From a bacterium (lineage in GTDB: Bacteria; Arandabacterota; Arandabacteria; Arandabacterales; JALGWA01): 29,262 bases of DNA. Shown one piece after another: positions 20,110 through 29,261 of the stretch. The notes under the pieces were generated by a model that worked only from the letters and a program-made list of their open reading frames with translations, had not been told where the DNA came from and searched no databases. The DNA is taken from positions 1 through 29,262 of the forward strand of contig JASFEA010000021.1 of the NCBI GenBank assembly GCA_050125095.1. The letters run 5' to 3'. Position 1 is the first letter of the stretch. The number at the start of each line of letters is the position of its first letter. A program made the translations under genes and the position numbers.

Positions 20110-21088
20110 GCACCAGCCTCCTCTTGACGGTTTCGGATACAGCCTGGTCGAGCAGCGCCGCGACTTCAGCCTTCGTGTGCAGATGGGCCATTTGCTGTCT
20201 CAATGCTACCACACCATACAAACCTTTTGTATACCATAAAAGGTGCTTTCTGAAGCGCAGTACTCCCATCTTCTCTCCAAAAATCTGAATCATGAGGTCG
20301 AGATGCATGAGCGCCACGCCGGTCATCTTATCCAGCGGGAACTCCGTATAGGTCCCCTTCTGCATATACTCCCGCGCCTGCTCGAAGATCCAGGGCCGGC
20401 CGAAGCCTCCCCTCGCCACCATCACGGCGTCGCAGCCCGTCTCTTCGAATCCGCGCCTGACGTCCTCGGGCCGCATTATGTCACCCGTGAGAATCACGGG
20501 TATCCTGACGGCCCGCTTGACCCCGGCGACCCTGCCCCAGTCGCTGCTGCCCTTGAAGCCCTGATGGGCAGTCCGGCCGTGCACAGTGACGGCTGCCGCG
20601 CCCGAGTCCTCTATAAGACGCGCGATATCCACGGCGTTTATGTTGTCTTCGTCCCAGCCACTTCTTATTTTCACAGAAACCGGCAGGCGGGTCGCGCCTA
20701 CCACGGCCGTGATTATCTCCTTGAGGAGTTCCGGCGTCTTATGCAGCGCCGCGCCTCCGCCCTTCGAGACCACGCGCCGGGCCGGGCAGCACGCGTTTAT
20801 GTCAATGATGTCGGGCTTGAGGTCCTCTATCATTCTGGCGGCGTCCGCCATCCGCGCGGGGCGCTTGCCGAATATCTGTATGCCGATGGGCCTCTCGCTC
20901 TCCGTGAAGCCCGCGAGCTCCGCGCTTCTCATGTTCTTGCGCGTGAGCCCCTCGGAAGAGATCATCTCGGTGTAGACGCCGTCGGCGCCGAAGCCCTTGC
21001 AGACACGTCTGAACGGGGAGTCGGAAATGCCGCTTAGAGGCGCCAGGAGTATCTTGCCGCCTCCGGTGAAGTCTTCTACTGACATCAC
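20090..21088 (-). CDS. dusB: tRNA dihydrouridine synthase
   Basis: LAPLSG..D.PFR, YTEMIS, DINACCP, VKIRSGWD, VHGRT, GRPWIF, RKHL.WY. Confidence 0.92.
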   Translation of the reverse strand: MMSVEDFTGGGKILLAPLSGISDSPFRRVCKGFGADGVYTEMISSEGLTRKNMRSAELAGFTESERPIGIQIFGKRPARMADAARMIEDLKPDIIDINACCPARRVVSKGGGAALHKTPELLKEIITAVVGATRLPVSVKIRSGWDEDNINAVDIARLIEDSGAAAVTVHGRTAHQGFKGSSDWGRVAGVKRAVRIPVILTGDIMRPEDVRRGFEETGCDAVMVARGGFGRPWIFEQAREYMQKGTYTEFPLDKMTGVALMHLDLMIQIFGEKMGVLRFRKHLLWYTKGLYGVVALRQQMAHLHTKAEVAALLDQAVSETVKRRLVRGEERP

Positions 21089-21747
21089 TCGTTCCTGGAT
21101 GCGCCCGCCAGGTCGGCCGACATTATCGACTTCGCGACTTCGTCCAGGTTATCGAAACGAATGTGGGGGATTCCATTCTCGTCGCAATAGGCCGCGAGGT
21201 CGCGCTTGGCGAAGAGGACGTCCGCCTGCGCCGCGGCGCACTTGTCGGAGAGACCGTCACCCACGTAGATGATCACCTTGCCGGCGTCCCTGGCTTTCTT
21301 CACGTGGCTTGACTTGCAGTTGGCGCAGCGGCCGCACTCTTCATTGTAATAGGGAAAGGAAAGAGAGGGTCCGGCCCCCTCCACGTCAAGGCAGTTTGTA
21401 TAGAGTGTCTCGTCGATGCCGTGCCTGGCCAGGAAGGGCCTGATGTAGTAATCGAGGCCGTCGCTCACTATGAAGATGTCGATTCCGCGCCTCTCGCACA
21501 CTTCCTTGATGCGGAGGAATCCCTCGTCCATCTCCTGGTTCCGGGCGAACTCCATGAGCGCGGTGATGTCGCCCTTATAGGCCGCGAGCTCGCGCCTGAG
21601 GCATTCGGTGGAACTGATGCGCCCCTGCTTCCACTCCTCCACAGCTTCGGACGCTTCGGGCGCGGCAAACCGCGTGAAGAATGTATTGGAGATATCGACC
21701 GGAGAAATCGTCCCGTCGAAATCTATAAAGAGAGACGCGTCACTCAT
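21085..21747 (-). CDS. HAD-IB phosphatase (MtnX-like)
   Basis: FIDFDGTI, IVSDG, C..CANCK, YVGDGLSD, FAK; ATG 21747 overlaps the upstream stop. Confidence 0.85.
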   Translation of the reverse strand: MSDASLFIDFDGTISPVDISNTFFTRFAAPEASEAVEEWKQGRISSTECLRRELAAYKGDITALMEFARNQEMDEGFLRIKEVCERRGIDIFIVSDGLDYYIRPFLARHGIDETLYTNCLDVEGAGPSLSFPYYNEECGRCANCKSSHVKKARDAGKVIIYVGDGLSDKCAAAQADVLFAKRDLAAYCDENGIPHIRFDNLDEVAKSIMSADLAGASRNE

Positions 21748-23302
21748 CTTCTCGGGAATCAGCCTCTGTCGCCGCGGCCACAAACAGGTCGCTCAATGTG
21801 TTCGAGCCCCGGATGATATCAACCGTCTTCTGAAGCTGGCTGTCTCTCTCCAGCGAGATGCGGTAAGCAGCTTCGTCCCCGAATACTTTGCGGGCGATCT
21901 CGGACCTCAGCATTATGCTCATGAAGTCCTTACCCTCTTCGAACTCAACCTCCTCGAAATCGAAGTCCTTCTCGGCGAGGAAGTCCTCGAATCCGTCCAT
22001 GAGGCCGAGGTCATCGCCGAAGTTCTCCGGGATGTCCTCATTATCCGCCACGTATCGCACGGCGTACTCGAAGATGAGTCCCGCTCTAGCGACCCTGCTC
22101 ACGATGGGCGGTATGGTATCGGGCTCGACGCTGATATCGGGCCGTATCCCGCCGCCGCCCAGGACGACGCGCCCGCCTTCGGTATGGTAAACAGTACCCG
22201 AGTCCGGGGCGCTCTCATCCCTGATGATGGCGCTCTCTTCGGTGGCCTCGGGGTCTAAGTTTATGCATCTGCCGCTCGGAGTATAGTACTTGGCCGTCGT
22301 GATCTTGAGCGCGTTCCCGCCGGGAAGCCGGAGCACGCTCTGCACCGTGCCCTTGCCGAAGGTCGTGGTGCCAACGACTATGCCGCGGTCGAGGTCCTGG
22401 ATGCAGCCCGCGACGATCTCGGACGCGCTCGCGCTCGCGTGGTCCACCAGCACTATGAGCGGGTAGTCGCCCCCCTGGGCCCTCGAGCCCGCGCTGTACT
22501 CGCGGTTCTGCTGCGACCTCCTGCCCCGCGTGGAGACTATCTTCTCGCCCGGGTTCAGGAACTGCTCGGAAACCTCGATTGCCTGCGTGAGGAGTCCGCC
22601 GGTGTTCCGCCTTAGGTCGATGATGAGCTTGTCCATACCGTCGTTCCTGAGATCCCTCAGGGCATCGCGGAGCTCCTTGCTCGTCTTTTCTGAGAACTGC
22701 GCGATTCTGACGTATCCGATCTCGTCGTCCAGCATGGAGGCGAACGGCACGCTCTTAATCTCTATGATATCCCGCGTGATGGTGTAATCCATGGGCTCTT
22801 CCTCGCCCGCGCGCCTCAGGGTTATCGTGACCTGTGTGCCCTTGGGGCCCCTCAGCTTGCTCACGGCTTCGGTTATGGTTATGCCGCGGGTCGATACGCC
22901 CTCGATGGCGATGATCTGGTCGCCGCCCCTTATGCCCATATTGTGCGCGGGCGTGCCCTCTATCGGGGCGATTACGGTGAGCCACTCATTTCTGATATCG
23001 ATTTCGATTCCCAGTCCCCCGAATGACCCGTGAGTGCTGACCATGAGATCATCGTATTGCTTCTTGCTGAGGTAAGTGGTGTGCGGGTCCAATGTGTCCA
23101 ACATGCCGCGGATGGAGCCCTCAATGAGCTTCTCGAAGTCCACCCGGTCCACGTAGTCCTCGCGGACGAGCGTCATCACTTCGTTGAAGAGGATAAGGCT
23201 GTCGCGGACGTTCTGCGTCTTAGCGAGCACGATAGTGGCGATGGATATGACCACAATGCTCACGCCGACGAGCATCGCTCTCGATTTTCTGACTCTCAGC
23301 AT
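21740..23302 (-). CDS. ctpA: carboxyl-terminal processing protease (S41, PDZ domain)
   Basis: LDPHT, FGGLGIEI, GYVRI, IDLR.N.GG, SASASEIVAG, TFGKGTVQ, TTAKYYTPSG. Confidence 0.93.
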   Translation of the reverse strand: MLRVRKSRAMLVGVSIVVISIATIVLAKTQNVRDSLILFNEVMTLVREDYVDRVDFEKLIEGSIRGMLDTLDPHTTYLSKKQYDDLMVSTHGSFGGLGIEIDIRNEWLTVIAPIEGTPAHNMGIRGGDQIIAIEGVSTRGITITEAVSKLRGPKGTQVTITLRRAGEEEPMDYTITRDIIEIKSVPFASMLDDEIGYVRIAQFSEKTSKELRDALRDLRNDGMDKLIIDLRRNTGGLLTQAIEVSEQFLNPGEKIVSTRGRRSQQNREYSAGSRAQGGDYPLIVLVDHASASASEIVAGCIQDLDRGIVVGTTTFGKGTVQSVLRLPGGNALKITTAKYYTPSGRCINLDPEATEESAIIRDESAPDSGTVYHTEGGRVVLGGGGIRPDISVEPDTIPPIVSRVARAGLIFEYAVRYVADNEDIPENFGDDLGLMDGFEDFLAEKDFDFEEVEFEEGKDFMSIMLRSEIARKVFGDEAAYRISLERDSQLQKTVDIIRGSNTLSDLFVAAATEADSREDE

Positions 23303-23306
23303 GCTG

Positions 23307-23939
23307 TTAACCTCGCCTTCTCCGGGGCAGGAATTCGTCTACTATTCTCTTAATCTCGGCAGCGGTGGACTCAACAGGCCCGGAGGAGTCAACCAGCTTG
23401 ACTCTGCCCGGGTCGCTCCCGGCTATTTCAATATAACCATTTCTAACCTTTTCGTGAAAGTCAACCGCCTCACTTTCTATGCGGTCCAGGTTCCGGCCCA
23501 GCCGCCTCAATCCTTCTGATGCAGGAAGGTCGAGGACGATCGTCAGATCCGGCCTTAAACCCCCGGTAGCGAAGAGGTTGAGCTCTTCCACTTTATCGGC
23601 ACCCAGGCCCCTTGCATGACCCTGGTATGCCGTTGACGCGTCGTAAAAACGGTCGCTTATGACCGTCTTGCCCTCCTTAAGCGCGGGCAATATTATATCG
23701 GCCACATGCTGAGCCCGGCTCGCCTCATAGAGCAGGAGCTCGGTATGGGCCGTCATTCCGCGATTCCCGGGGTCCAGCAATATGTCTCTTATCTTTTCAC
23801 CGATGAGGCAGCCCCCGGGTTCCCGGGTAATGACAACTTCATGGCCAATCTGAACAAGGTAATTCTTGAGAAGATCGACCTGCGTCGTCTTACCGCAGCC
23901 CTCGATTCCCTCGAAAGTTATGAATATTCCCTTGGCCAA
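23307..23939 (-). CDS. tmk: thymidylate kinase
   Basis: FITFEGIEGCGKTTQ, TREPGG, SRAQH, SDRF, AYQG, DRIE. Confidence 0.95.
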   Translation of the reverse strand: MAKGIFITFEGIEGCGKTTQVDLLKNYLVQIGHEVVITREPGGCLIGEKIRDILLDPGNRGMTAHTELLLYEASRAQHVADIILPALKEGKTVISDRFYDASTAYQGHARGLGADKVEELNLFATGGLRPDLTIVLDLPASEGLRRLGRNLDRIESEAVDFHEKVRNGYIEIAGSDPGRVKLVDSSGPVESTAAEIKRIVDEFLPRRRRG

Positions 23940-24067
23940 GAGTCATACCTCACTATAGAAGCGTACGCTCAGGGGTCTACGCCAGCCGGCGCAGGGCGGC
24001 TATGGAACCGGGCGGCCGCTGTCCGGTCGCCGGAGAGCCCGCCCGCTTTTTGATTCGTGCAGGGCTG

Positions 24068-25243
24068 TCAGCGGGCCCTGGCCTTCTTCCTGGTCCTCGT
24101 GGTCCTCTTGGTCCTCGCGCTCTTGGTCTTCCTGGCCGGCCTGGAGGCCTTCCTCGCCTTGCCCTTCCTTGAGGAGGTGACTTCGATGAACTCCTCCACC
24201 ATGCGCCTGGCCACGTCGTCGGTGAACTGGCGAGGGGGCGATTTCATGAAATACGAGCTCGGAGCCTCCAATGCCCCCGAAACGCCGGCGTCAAGCGCCA
24301 GCTTGCAGCACCTTACGGCGTCTATCATGACTCCCGCCGAGTTGGGCGAGTCCCAGACCTCGAGCTTGAGCTCCACGTTAAGAGGCACATCGCCGAAGGT
24401 CGTTCCCTCGAGGCGTATATGCGCCCACTTGCGGTCCGTAAGCCAGGCCACGTAGTCGCTGGGCCCTATATAGACATTGTCCGCGCCGATGTCGTAGTCG
24501 AGCTGGGAAGTAACGGCATTGGTCTTGGAGATCTTCTTGGACTGGAGCCTTGCGCGCTCGAGCATGTTGAGGAAGTCGGTGTTGCCGCCCACATTGAGCT
24601 GGCTCGTGCGGTCTAAGATTACGCCGCGGTCGCGGAAGAGCCTGGTCAAGACCCTGTGCACTATGGTCGCGCCGACCTGGCTCTTGATATCGTCGCCGAT
24701 CACCGGCAGCCCCTTGGCCTTGAATCTGCCCTGCCAGTAGTTCTCGCGGGCGATGAAGACGGGGATGCCGTTTACGAAGCCGCAGCCCGCCTCGAGGATC
24801 TGCTCGACGTACCACTTGGTCGCCTCCTCGCTCCCCACGGGCAGAAAGTTGACGACGACGTCCGTGCCGGTATCCTTAAGGATCTTGACGATATTGGCAG
24901 TCTGGCCGGGCGCCTTCTCGATGATCTTGGACAGATAAATACCCAGCCCGTCATGCGTCATTCCCCGGACTACCTTGATGCCGGTCTTGGGCACGTCGCA
25001 GAACCTGAAGGTATTATTGGGCTTGGTATAGATGGCCTCGGAGAGGTCCTTGCCCACCTTGTTCTTGTCGATATCGATGGCGGCGCTGAACTCAATGTCT
25101 CCCACGTGATAGCCGCCCAGATTGGTGTGCATGAGGCCCGGTATGATGTCCTTCTCTTTGGCATTCTTGTAATAATGGACTCCCTGAACCAGGGCAGATG
25201 CACAGTTCCCGACACCGATGATTCCCACTCTTACCTTGCCCAT
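24068..25243 (-). CDS. ino1: myo-inositol-1-phosphate synthase
   Basis: [70 protein letters not shown]. Confidence 0.95.
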   Translation of the reverse strand: MGKVRVGIIGVGNCASALVQGVHYYKNAKEKDIIPGLMHTNLGGYHVGDIEFSAAIDIDKNKVGKDLSEAIYTKPNNTFRFCDVPKTGIKVVRGMTHDGLGIYLSKIIEKAPGQTANIVKILKDTGTDVVVNFLPVGSEEATKWYVEQILEAGCGFVNGIPVFIARENYWQGRFKAKGLPVIGDDIKSQVGATIVHRVLTRLFRDRGVILDRTSQLNVGGNTDFLNMLERARLQSKKISKTNAVTSQLDYDIGADNVYIGPSDYVAWLTDRKWAHIRLEGTTFGDVPLNVELKLEVWDSPNSAGVMIDAVRCCKLALDAGVSGALEAPSSYFMKSPPRQFTDDVARRMVEEFIEVTSSRKGKARKASRPARKTKSARTKRTTRTRKKARAR

Positions 25244-25268
25244 TTTGCTACCTCCCCCTGCCAGGCAG

Positions 25269-25859
25269 CTACGGCTTCTGCGTACCCGCCTGCTTTTTCA
25301 TCCTTATAAGCCGCTCAAGAGCAGTGATGTTCGCCAGAACGGCAATCAGATAAACAGCCCACTTAAGATATCCAGGCCCGATGAACGCGCCCACCATCAG
25401 AATAATGAGCCTTTCGGGTCGCTGGAGCATCCCTACATCGCACGTGAGGCCGAGCCCCTCCGCGCGAGCTTTCACATAACTTACCATCAGGGAGCCACAC
25501 AAAGCAAGTATTACCCCAGTAAGGGGCCATACGGAATCCCTGTAGAACAGAGCCAAGCCCAAATAGACAGCAATTTCGGCATACCTGTCAATAGTCGAAT
25601 CGAGAAGCGCCCCGCCCTTGCTCTCGCCGCCCGCGACCCGCGCCACGGCGCCGTCGAGCATGTCCATGAAACCCGAGAGGAGCAGAAACAGCCCTCCCAG
25701 CCTCACCCGGCCGCCCGCGAAGGCCCACCCCCCAAGGATCGCGGGTACGAGCCCCAGGACGGTGACCGCGTTGGGCGTCAGCTTCAGGGCGATGGCGCCC
25801 CGGGCGATGCCAGCCATGATTTTGCGCGCGCCATCCCTAATTCCTGCAGGTATGAGCAA
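25269..25859 (-). CDS. CDP-alcohol phosphatidyltransferase (phosphatidylinositol-phosphate synthase-like)
   Basis: [24 protein letters not shown] signature, [14 protein letters not shown]; adjacent to ino1; RBS GGAGGAG. Confidence 0.88.
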   Translation of the reverse strand: MLIPAGIRDGARKIMAGIARGAIALKLTPNAVTVLGLVPAILGGWAFAGGRVRLGGLFLLLSGFMDMLDGAVARVAGGESKGGALLDSTIDRYAEIAVYLGLALFYRDSVWPLTGVILALCGSLMVSYVKARAEGLGLTCDVGMLQRPERLIILMVGAFIGPGYLKWAVYLIAVLANITALERLIRMKKQAGTQKP

Positions 25860-25892
25860 ACTTCTCCTCCCGATTGCAAAAGGGAATGCTCT

Positions 25893-25921
25893 AAGTTAGC
25901 AGCGAACAGGCCACCGGTCAA
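25893..25921 (-). promoter_or_regulatory. sigma70-type promoter for the CDP-alcohol transferase/ino1 genes
   Basis: TTGACC (25921-25916), 17 bp, extended -10 TGc-TAACTT (25898-25893). Confidence 0.7.
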
Positions 25922-25938
25922 GCGAAATGGGCACCTGT

Positions 25939-25991
25939 GGGGTCAGGTCTTCAAATGCACAAAATCCAGGGGTCAGGTCTCAAAGTGCACA
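25939..25991 (+). repeat. two direct copies of the dispersed motif, 30-bp period (locus C)
   Basis: GGGGTCAGGTCTTCAAATGCACAA (25939-25962) and GGGGTCAGGTCTCAAAGTGCACA (25969-25991). Confidence 0.9.
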
Positions 25992-26032
25992 GGCCGGAGC
26001 GCACTGCCGGGACCAGCGCAGGTGCTCAATAG

Positions 26033-26090
26033 AAAAAAGGAGAGAGGGACAGCTACTCCTCCGGTCGCGACGAGTATATCTGTCCCTCCT
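26033..26090 (-). terminator. probable intrinsic terminator of the lipoprotein gene
   Basis: minus strand GAGGGACAG..TACTC..GAGTA..CTGTCCCTC stem followed by TCTCCTTTTTT. Confidence 0.7.
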
Positions 26091-26098
26091 GGGTGCCG

Positions 26099-27040
26099 CT
26101 ATTTGGTTATGATGGTTGTCCGCTCCAGTACAATAACCGAGATTGCGGGCTCAGGTATCTGGTTGCCGTCGAAATCGAATAATGCGTTCTCGTCAGTCAG
26201 CGTCAATTCATCGCCTTCCAGCGTGAAATTGCCATAGGCGTTGACCAGGAACGGCGGCTGTATGGGATCAAAAGCGATCATCATGCTGTCCTGGTACATG
26301 AGGACGAAGGAAGCATCGAAGTCAGTGAAGCTCGTGTCCTGCCCCGCAAGCGCTGCCGGTATAAAGGCATTGCCAATTGCATTGCCTGTGGCATCCACAT
26401 CGAAATCGTAGGTCGCCCCCATGGCTATCGTCTCAACCGAAACCGCCGGGTTGGCAACGCTGGTAGCGGTGTAACTTGTCGCCTCCCAGAACCCCTCGAA
26501 GTCCTCAGTGAAGATAACTGTGGGATAGGACTCGCTGGTCCTCACCATAATGCCTTCGAAGATCGCTGCTTCTTCACCCGAACCGCCACCGAAGTCGAAT
26601 GTTGTATTGGGATCGGTGATTTCCACTGTATTGCCGTCGATCGTAAAAGCCGCACGGGTTTGGGTGAGGAACGGCGGTACCTCGGGAGTGAACGAGACCA
26701 TAGCAGTATCCTGTGTGATCAGCTCCAGGTTACCCGCAAAAGGAATCTCCAGTGTCATCCCCATAATCGCGGCTGGTATGAACGCGCGGCCCTCGAAATC
26801 CCCCTCGTCGTCCATGTTGTATTCCATCGCGGCACCGAGCGAGATGATTTCCATATAGACCGCCGGATTGGCAACGCTTGTTGCTTTGTACTGCTCCACT
26901 ACCCACAGGCCCTCAAAATCCGATATCACGATGAGGTCGGGTCCGCCCCCGTCGTCGTCACCACATCCCGGTAAGAGGATTACCAGGAGTACAACAAGAG
27001 GCACCAGGCGCAAGAGGCCCGGCCGACATAAACGTCTCAC
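26099..27040 (-). CDS. hypothetical lipoprotein with two tandem homologous beta-rich (lipocalin-like) domains
   Basis: lipobox LPG-C; DFEGLWVVEQYKATSVANPAV vs DFEGFWEATSYTATSVANPAV, AFIPAA x2, PPFL x2, FDF x2; RBS AGGGGG. Confidence 0.85.
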   Translation of the reverse strand: MRRLCRPGLLRLVPLVVLLVILLPGCGDDDGGGPDLIVISDFEGLWVVEQYKATSVANPAVYMEIISLGAAMEYNMDDEGDFEGRAFIPAAIMGMTLEIPFAGNLELITQDTAMVSFTPEVPPFLTQTRAAFTIDGNTVEITDPNTTFDFGGGSGEEAAIFEGIMVRTSESYPTVIFTEDFEGFWEATSYTATSVANPAVSVETIAMGATYDFDVDATGNAIGNAFIPAALAGQDTSFTDFDASFVLMYQDSMMIAFDPIQPPFLVNAYGNFTLEGDELTLTDENALFDFDGNQIPEPAISVIVLERTTIITK

Positions 27041-27197
27041 TGCGTCCCCCTTTCTCTATATGGCTAGCGCCATCCCTATGAAACCGTCACTTGACTGCCT
27101 CATTGGTGCCTGTCTGATCCTATTCCCAACTCGCCCGGGAGGACGGCACGATCGCCCGGTTTTCGATCAGATGAAATAGGCAGCCATTGGATTGCCG

Positions 27198-27226
27198 ATT
27201 GTATCGCAGTGGGCACGGGAGGACAA
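27198..27226 (-). promoter_or_regulatory. sigma70-type promoter of the lipoprotein gene
   Basis: TTGTCC (27226-27221), 17 bp, TACAAT (27203-27198). Confidence 0.65.
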
Positions 27227-27306
27227 GCTAATCTTCAGGAGTCTTTCGAGGAACCCAGAAGCAATCGCAATCTGGCATCGGGGCATCTACGACCCAGGAA
27301 GTGGAC

Positions 27307-27331
27307 GGGGTCAGATCTCGAAACGCACAAT
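27307..27331 (+). repeat. single diverged copy of the dispersed motif (locus D)
   Basis: GGGGTCAGATCTCGAAACGCACAAT, 3 mismatches to the 24-nt consensus. Confidence 0.85.
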
Positions 27332-27359
27332 CGAGGGGAGGATATCTAATTAGCTCCAC

Positions 27360-29261
27360 CTACTCGGCCTTACGACCCCCACGGCACCACCCTGCCCCCA
27401 GGTGCACCTCTACTCGTCTGACGCGGCCCGTGCGACCGAAGATCTCCTCTGCCAGTGCAGGGGATATTGTGTGCCCCTCGAGGACAATCTCGTTGCCATC
27501 GGATTCGCTGACGATCACGCGCGGCTCATCCCCTTGAACATATACTATCGGCACCTGGCAGAATGTGAATGCCAGTGAGTCGGCCTCCAGGGGCATCGAC
27601 ACCTGCCGGCCCAAGCCATCGATGTAGTCGTATGTTGCCGGTTCATTTAGAAGCTCCCGGGCCATGAGCAGCCTGGGCTTGAAAGATATCCTGCCATTAT
27701 GAATTTCAACGCCCAGCTCGCTCCAGCGGCACAGGATCTCCTCCTTGACCTGCCCGGTCATGCCCGGCTGTTTCGCCCCCCCGAAGGGGGGCGTATGCGA
27801 ATAGGGATCGAGCGGGAAGGCCCCGAACTCACCCGGCGTCTTCGCAAAGCCAAGCCCGGCGCGGATGTCGAAATACCGGTCGCGCAGCCCTGCAACGACT
27901 TCTCCGGCGGCACCCTCGGCTGCGGCTCGCTCGAAGGCCGCCTGAGCCGCCAGCAGAAGCTTGGCCACCATGTGCCAGTAAATGCAGCCGATACCCTCAT
28001 ATCCATACATGGTGCCGGAACGTCCGGTGAAGGCTCTGTGATTGAAGACCTCTTCGTACATCTCCAGTACAGCCCTGGCCTCCGCTTCCGGGAAGTCCTC
28101 CCCGAGCCGCGCCTCCACCGCCTCGGCGTTATGCAGATCGGGGTTGAAACGCAGCTGGCCGTCGGCGTCGCGCGTCAGTATGCTCCCGTCCCCACTTTCC
28201 ACCATGGCGGCCAGAGTGGGGCTTTCTTCCAGAATTGAGTCCGGCACTCTGTTCTTTAAAAGGTACGTCGGAAGCCGCTTCGCCGGATAAAGCACATAGG
28301 TGCGCTGGTCTTCGCGATATAGCCCGCTCGCTCGGAGCGCTTTGAGAAGATCGAGCGCTTCTTGAGGGGTCAAGAGGCCGCTGTCCAACACGGCAACCTG
28401 TCCTTCCAGCATGAGTGGAAGCGTGGTGACCGATGCGGTGCCCTCCTCCAGGTGAAGGATGTTATATGCGTTATAGAGGCCGTCCTCTCGCCGGTTGGAT
28501 TCAATCGTAGCCCTTACCAACTTCCGCGACTCGCGGAGCAGCGCGACCACATCCCCCGTTCTCACGCTCCTTCTCTCTCCCGGACCCTCCCGGTAGGCGT
28601 GTGCCCGGTATCTTGAGAAAGACTCCCCCACTGAATCCATGAAGGCGCGCCTCTTGCGATCGTCCATCGAGCTCTCCGAGTACTTCCCGACGCAGGCGCG
28701 CACCTCATCAAGCCAATCTGCGACCCGAGAAGAAATCTCGAATGCAATCTCCCCTGAACGCTCAAAGAGGTCTGCGCAGAATCCCAAATGCCTGTAAAGG
28801 TAGCATGCCGTCACTACCGACATGCCGTTGCCGACAAGGGCATTGTTCGCATCGTTCCACTCAGGCCGCATGGTGTTCATCCATATGCCGCCTTCCGGGA
28901 CCAGGTTGGAGAGTTTGGCGAGAATGGGGACAAGCAGCTTCTCGGCCAGATTGACATGGAGGATACTGCCACCCCGATGGACCAACCGGCCGTCGCTACC
29001 GATCCGGTCGACGCGTTGATCGCTGAGTCTCTGGCGGTCCCAGTCGAAATCTATTGTCTTATGAGCGTTCTTAATGATGTCGGCATAAGGCCGGATATTG
29101 TAGGGAACGTCGGAGTAGCAGAAAATGTCCTGAGCCAGCAAGGCCGGGACCCGATCGGGATGGTGGGCCAGTGAAGCCTCAAGAAGTCTCAGCAGGTAGA
29201 CTATCTGATGGTCGCCCCAGTACCCTATGGAACTCCATACATCATCCGGGTCAGCCACCTC
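27360..29261 (-). CDS. C-terminal part of a large glycoside phosphorylase-like protein (possibly GH149 beta-1,3-glucan phosphorylase); 5' end outside the window
   Basis: frame open to the window edge; IGYWGDHQI, GGIWMNT.RPEWNDANNALVG, FTGRSGT..GYEG.G.IYWHMV.KL, DPYSHTP, QPGMTGQVKE; family assignment from recollection of these motifs only. Confidence 0.65.
   Translation of the reverse strand, partial: EVADPDDVWSSIGYWGDHQIVYLLRLLEASLAHHPDRVPALLAQDIFCYSDVPYNIRPYADIIKNAHKTIDFDWDRQRLSDQRVDRIGSDGRLVHRGGSILHVNLAEKLLVPILAKLSNLVPEGGIWMNTMRPEWNDANNALVGNGMSVVTACYLYRHLGFCADLFERSGEIAFEISSRVADWLDEVRACVGKYSESSMDDRKRRAFMDSVGESFSRYRAHAYREGPGERRSVRTGDVVALLRESRKLVRATIESNRREDGLYNAYNILHLEEGTASVTTLPLMLEGQVAVLDSGLLTPQEALDLLKALRASGLYREDQRTYVLYPAKRLPTYLLKNRVPDSILEESPTLAAMVESGDGSILTRDADGQLRFNPDLHNAEAVEARLGEDFPEAEARAVLEMYEEVFNHRAFTGRSGTMYGYEGIGCIYWHMVAKLLLAAQAAFERAAAEGAAGEVVAGLRDRYFDIRAGLGFAKTPGEFGAFPLDPYSHTPPFGGAKQPGMTGQVKEEILCRWSELGVEIHNGRISFKPRLLMARELLNEPATYDYIDGLGRQVSMPLEADSLAFTFCQVPIVYVQGDEPRVIVSESDGNEIVLEGHTISPALAEEIFGRTGRVRRVEVHLGAGWCRGGRKAE

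Noticed and set aside
23945-23980. Internal tmk promoter (TAGACC-16 bp-TATAGT)
   Set aside because: Weak -35, and the predicted start site would exclude the GAGGT RBS; not supportable
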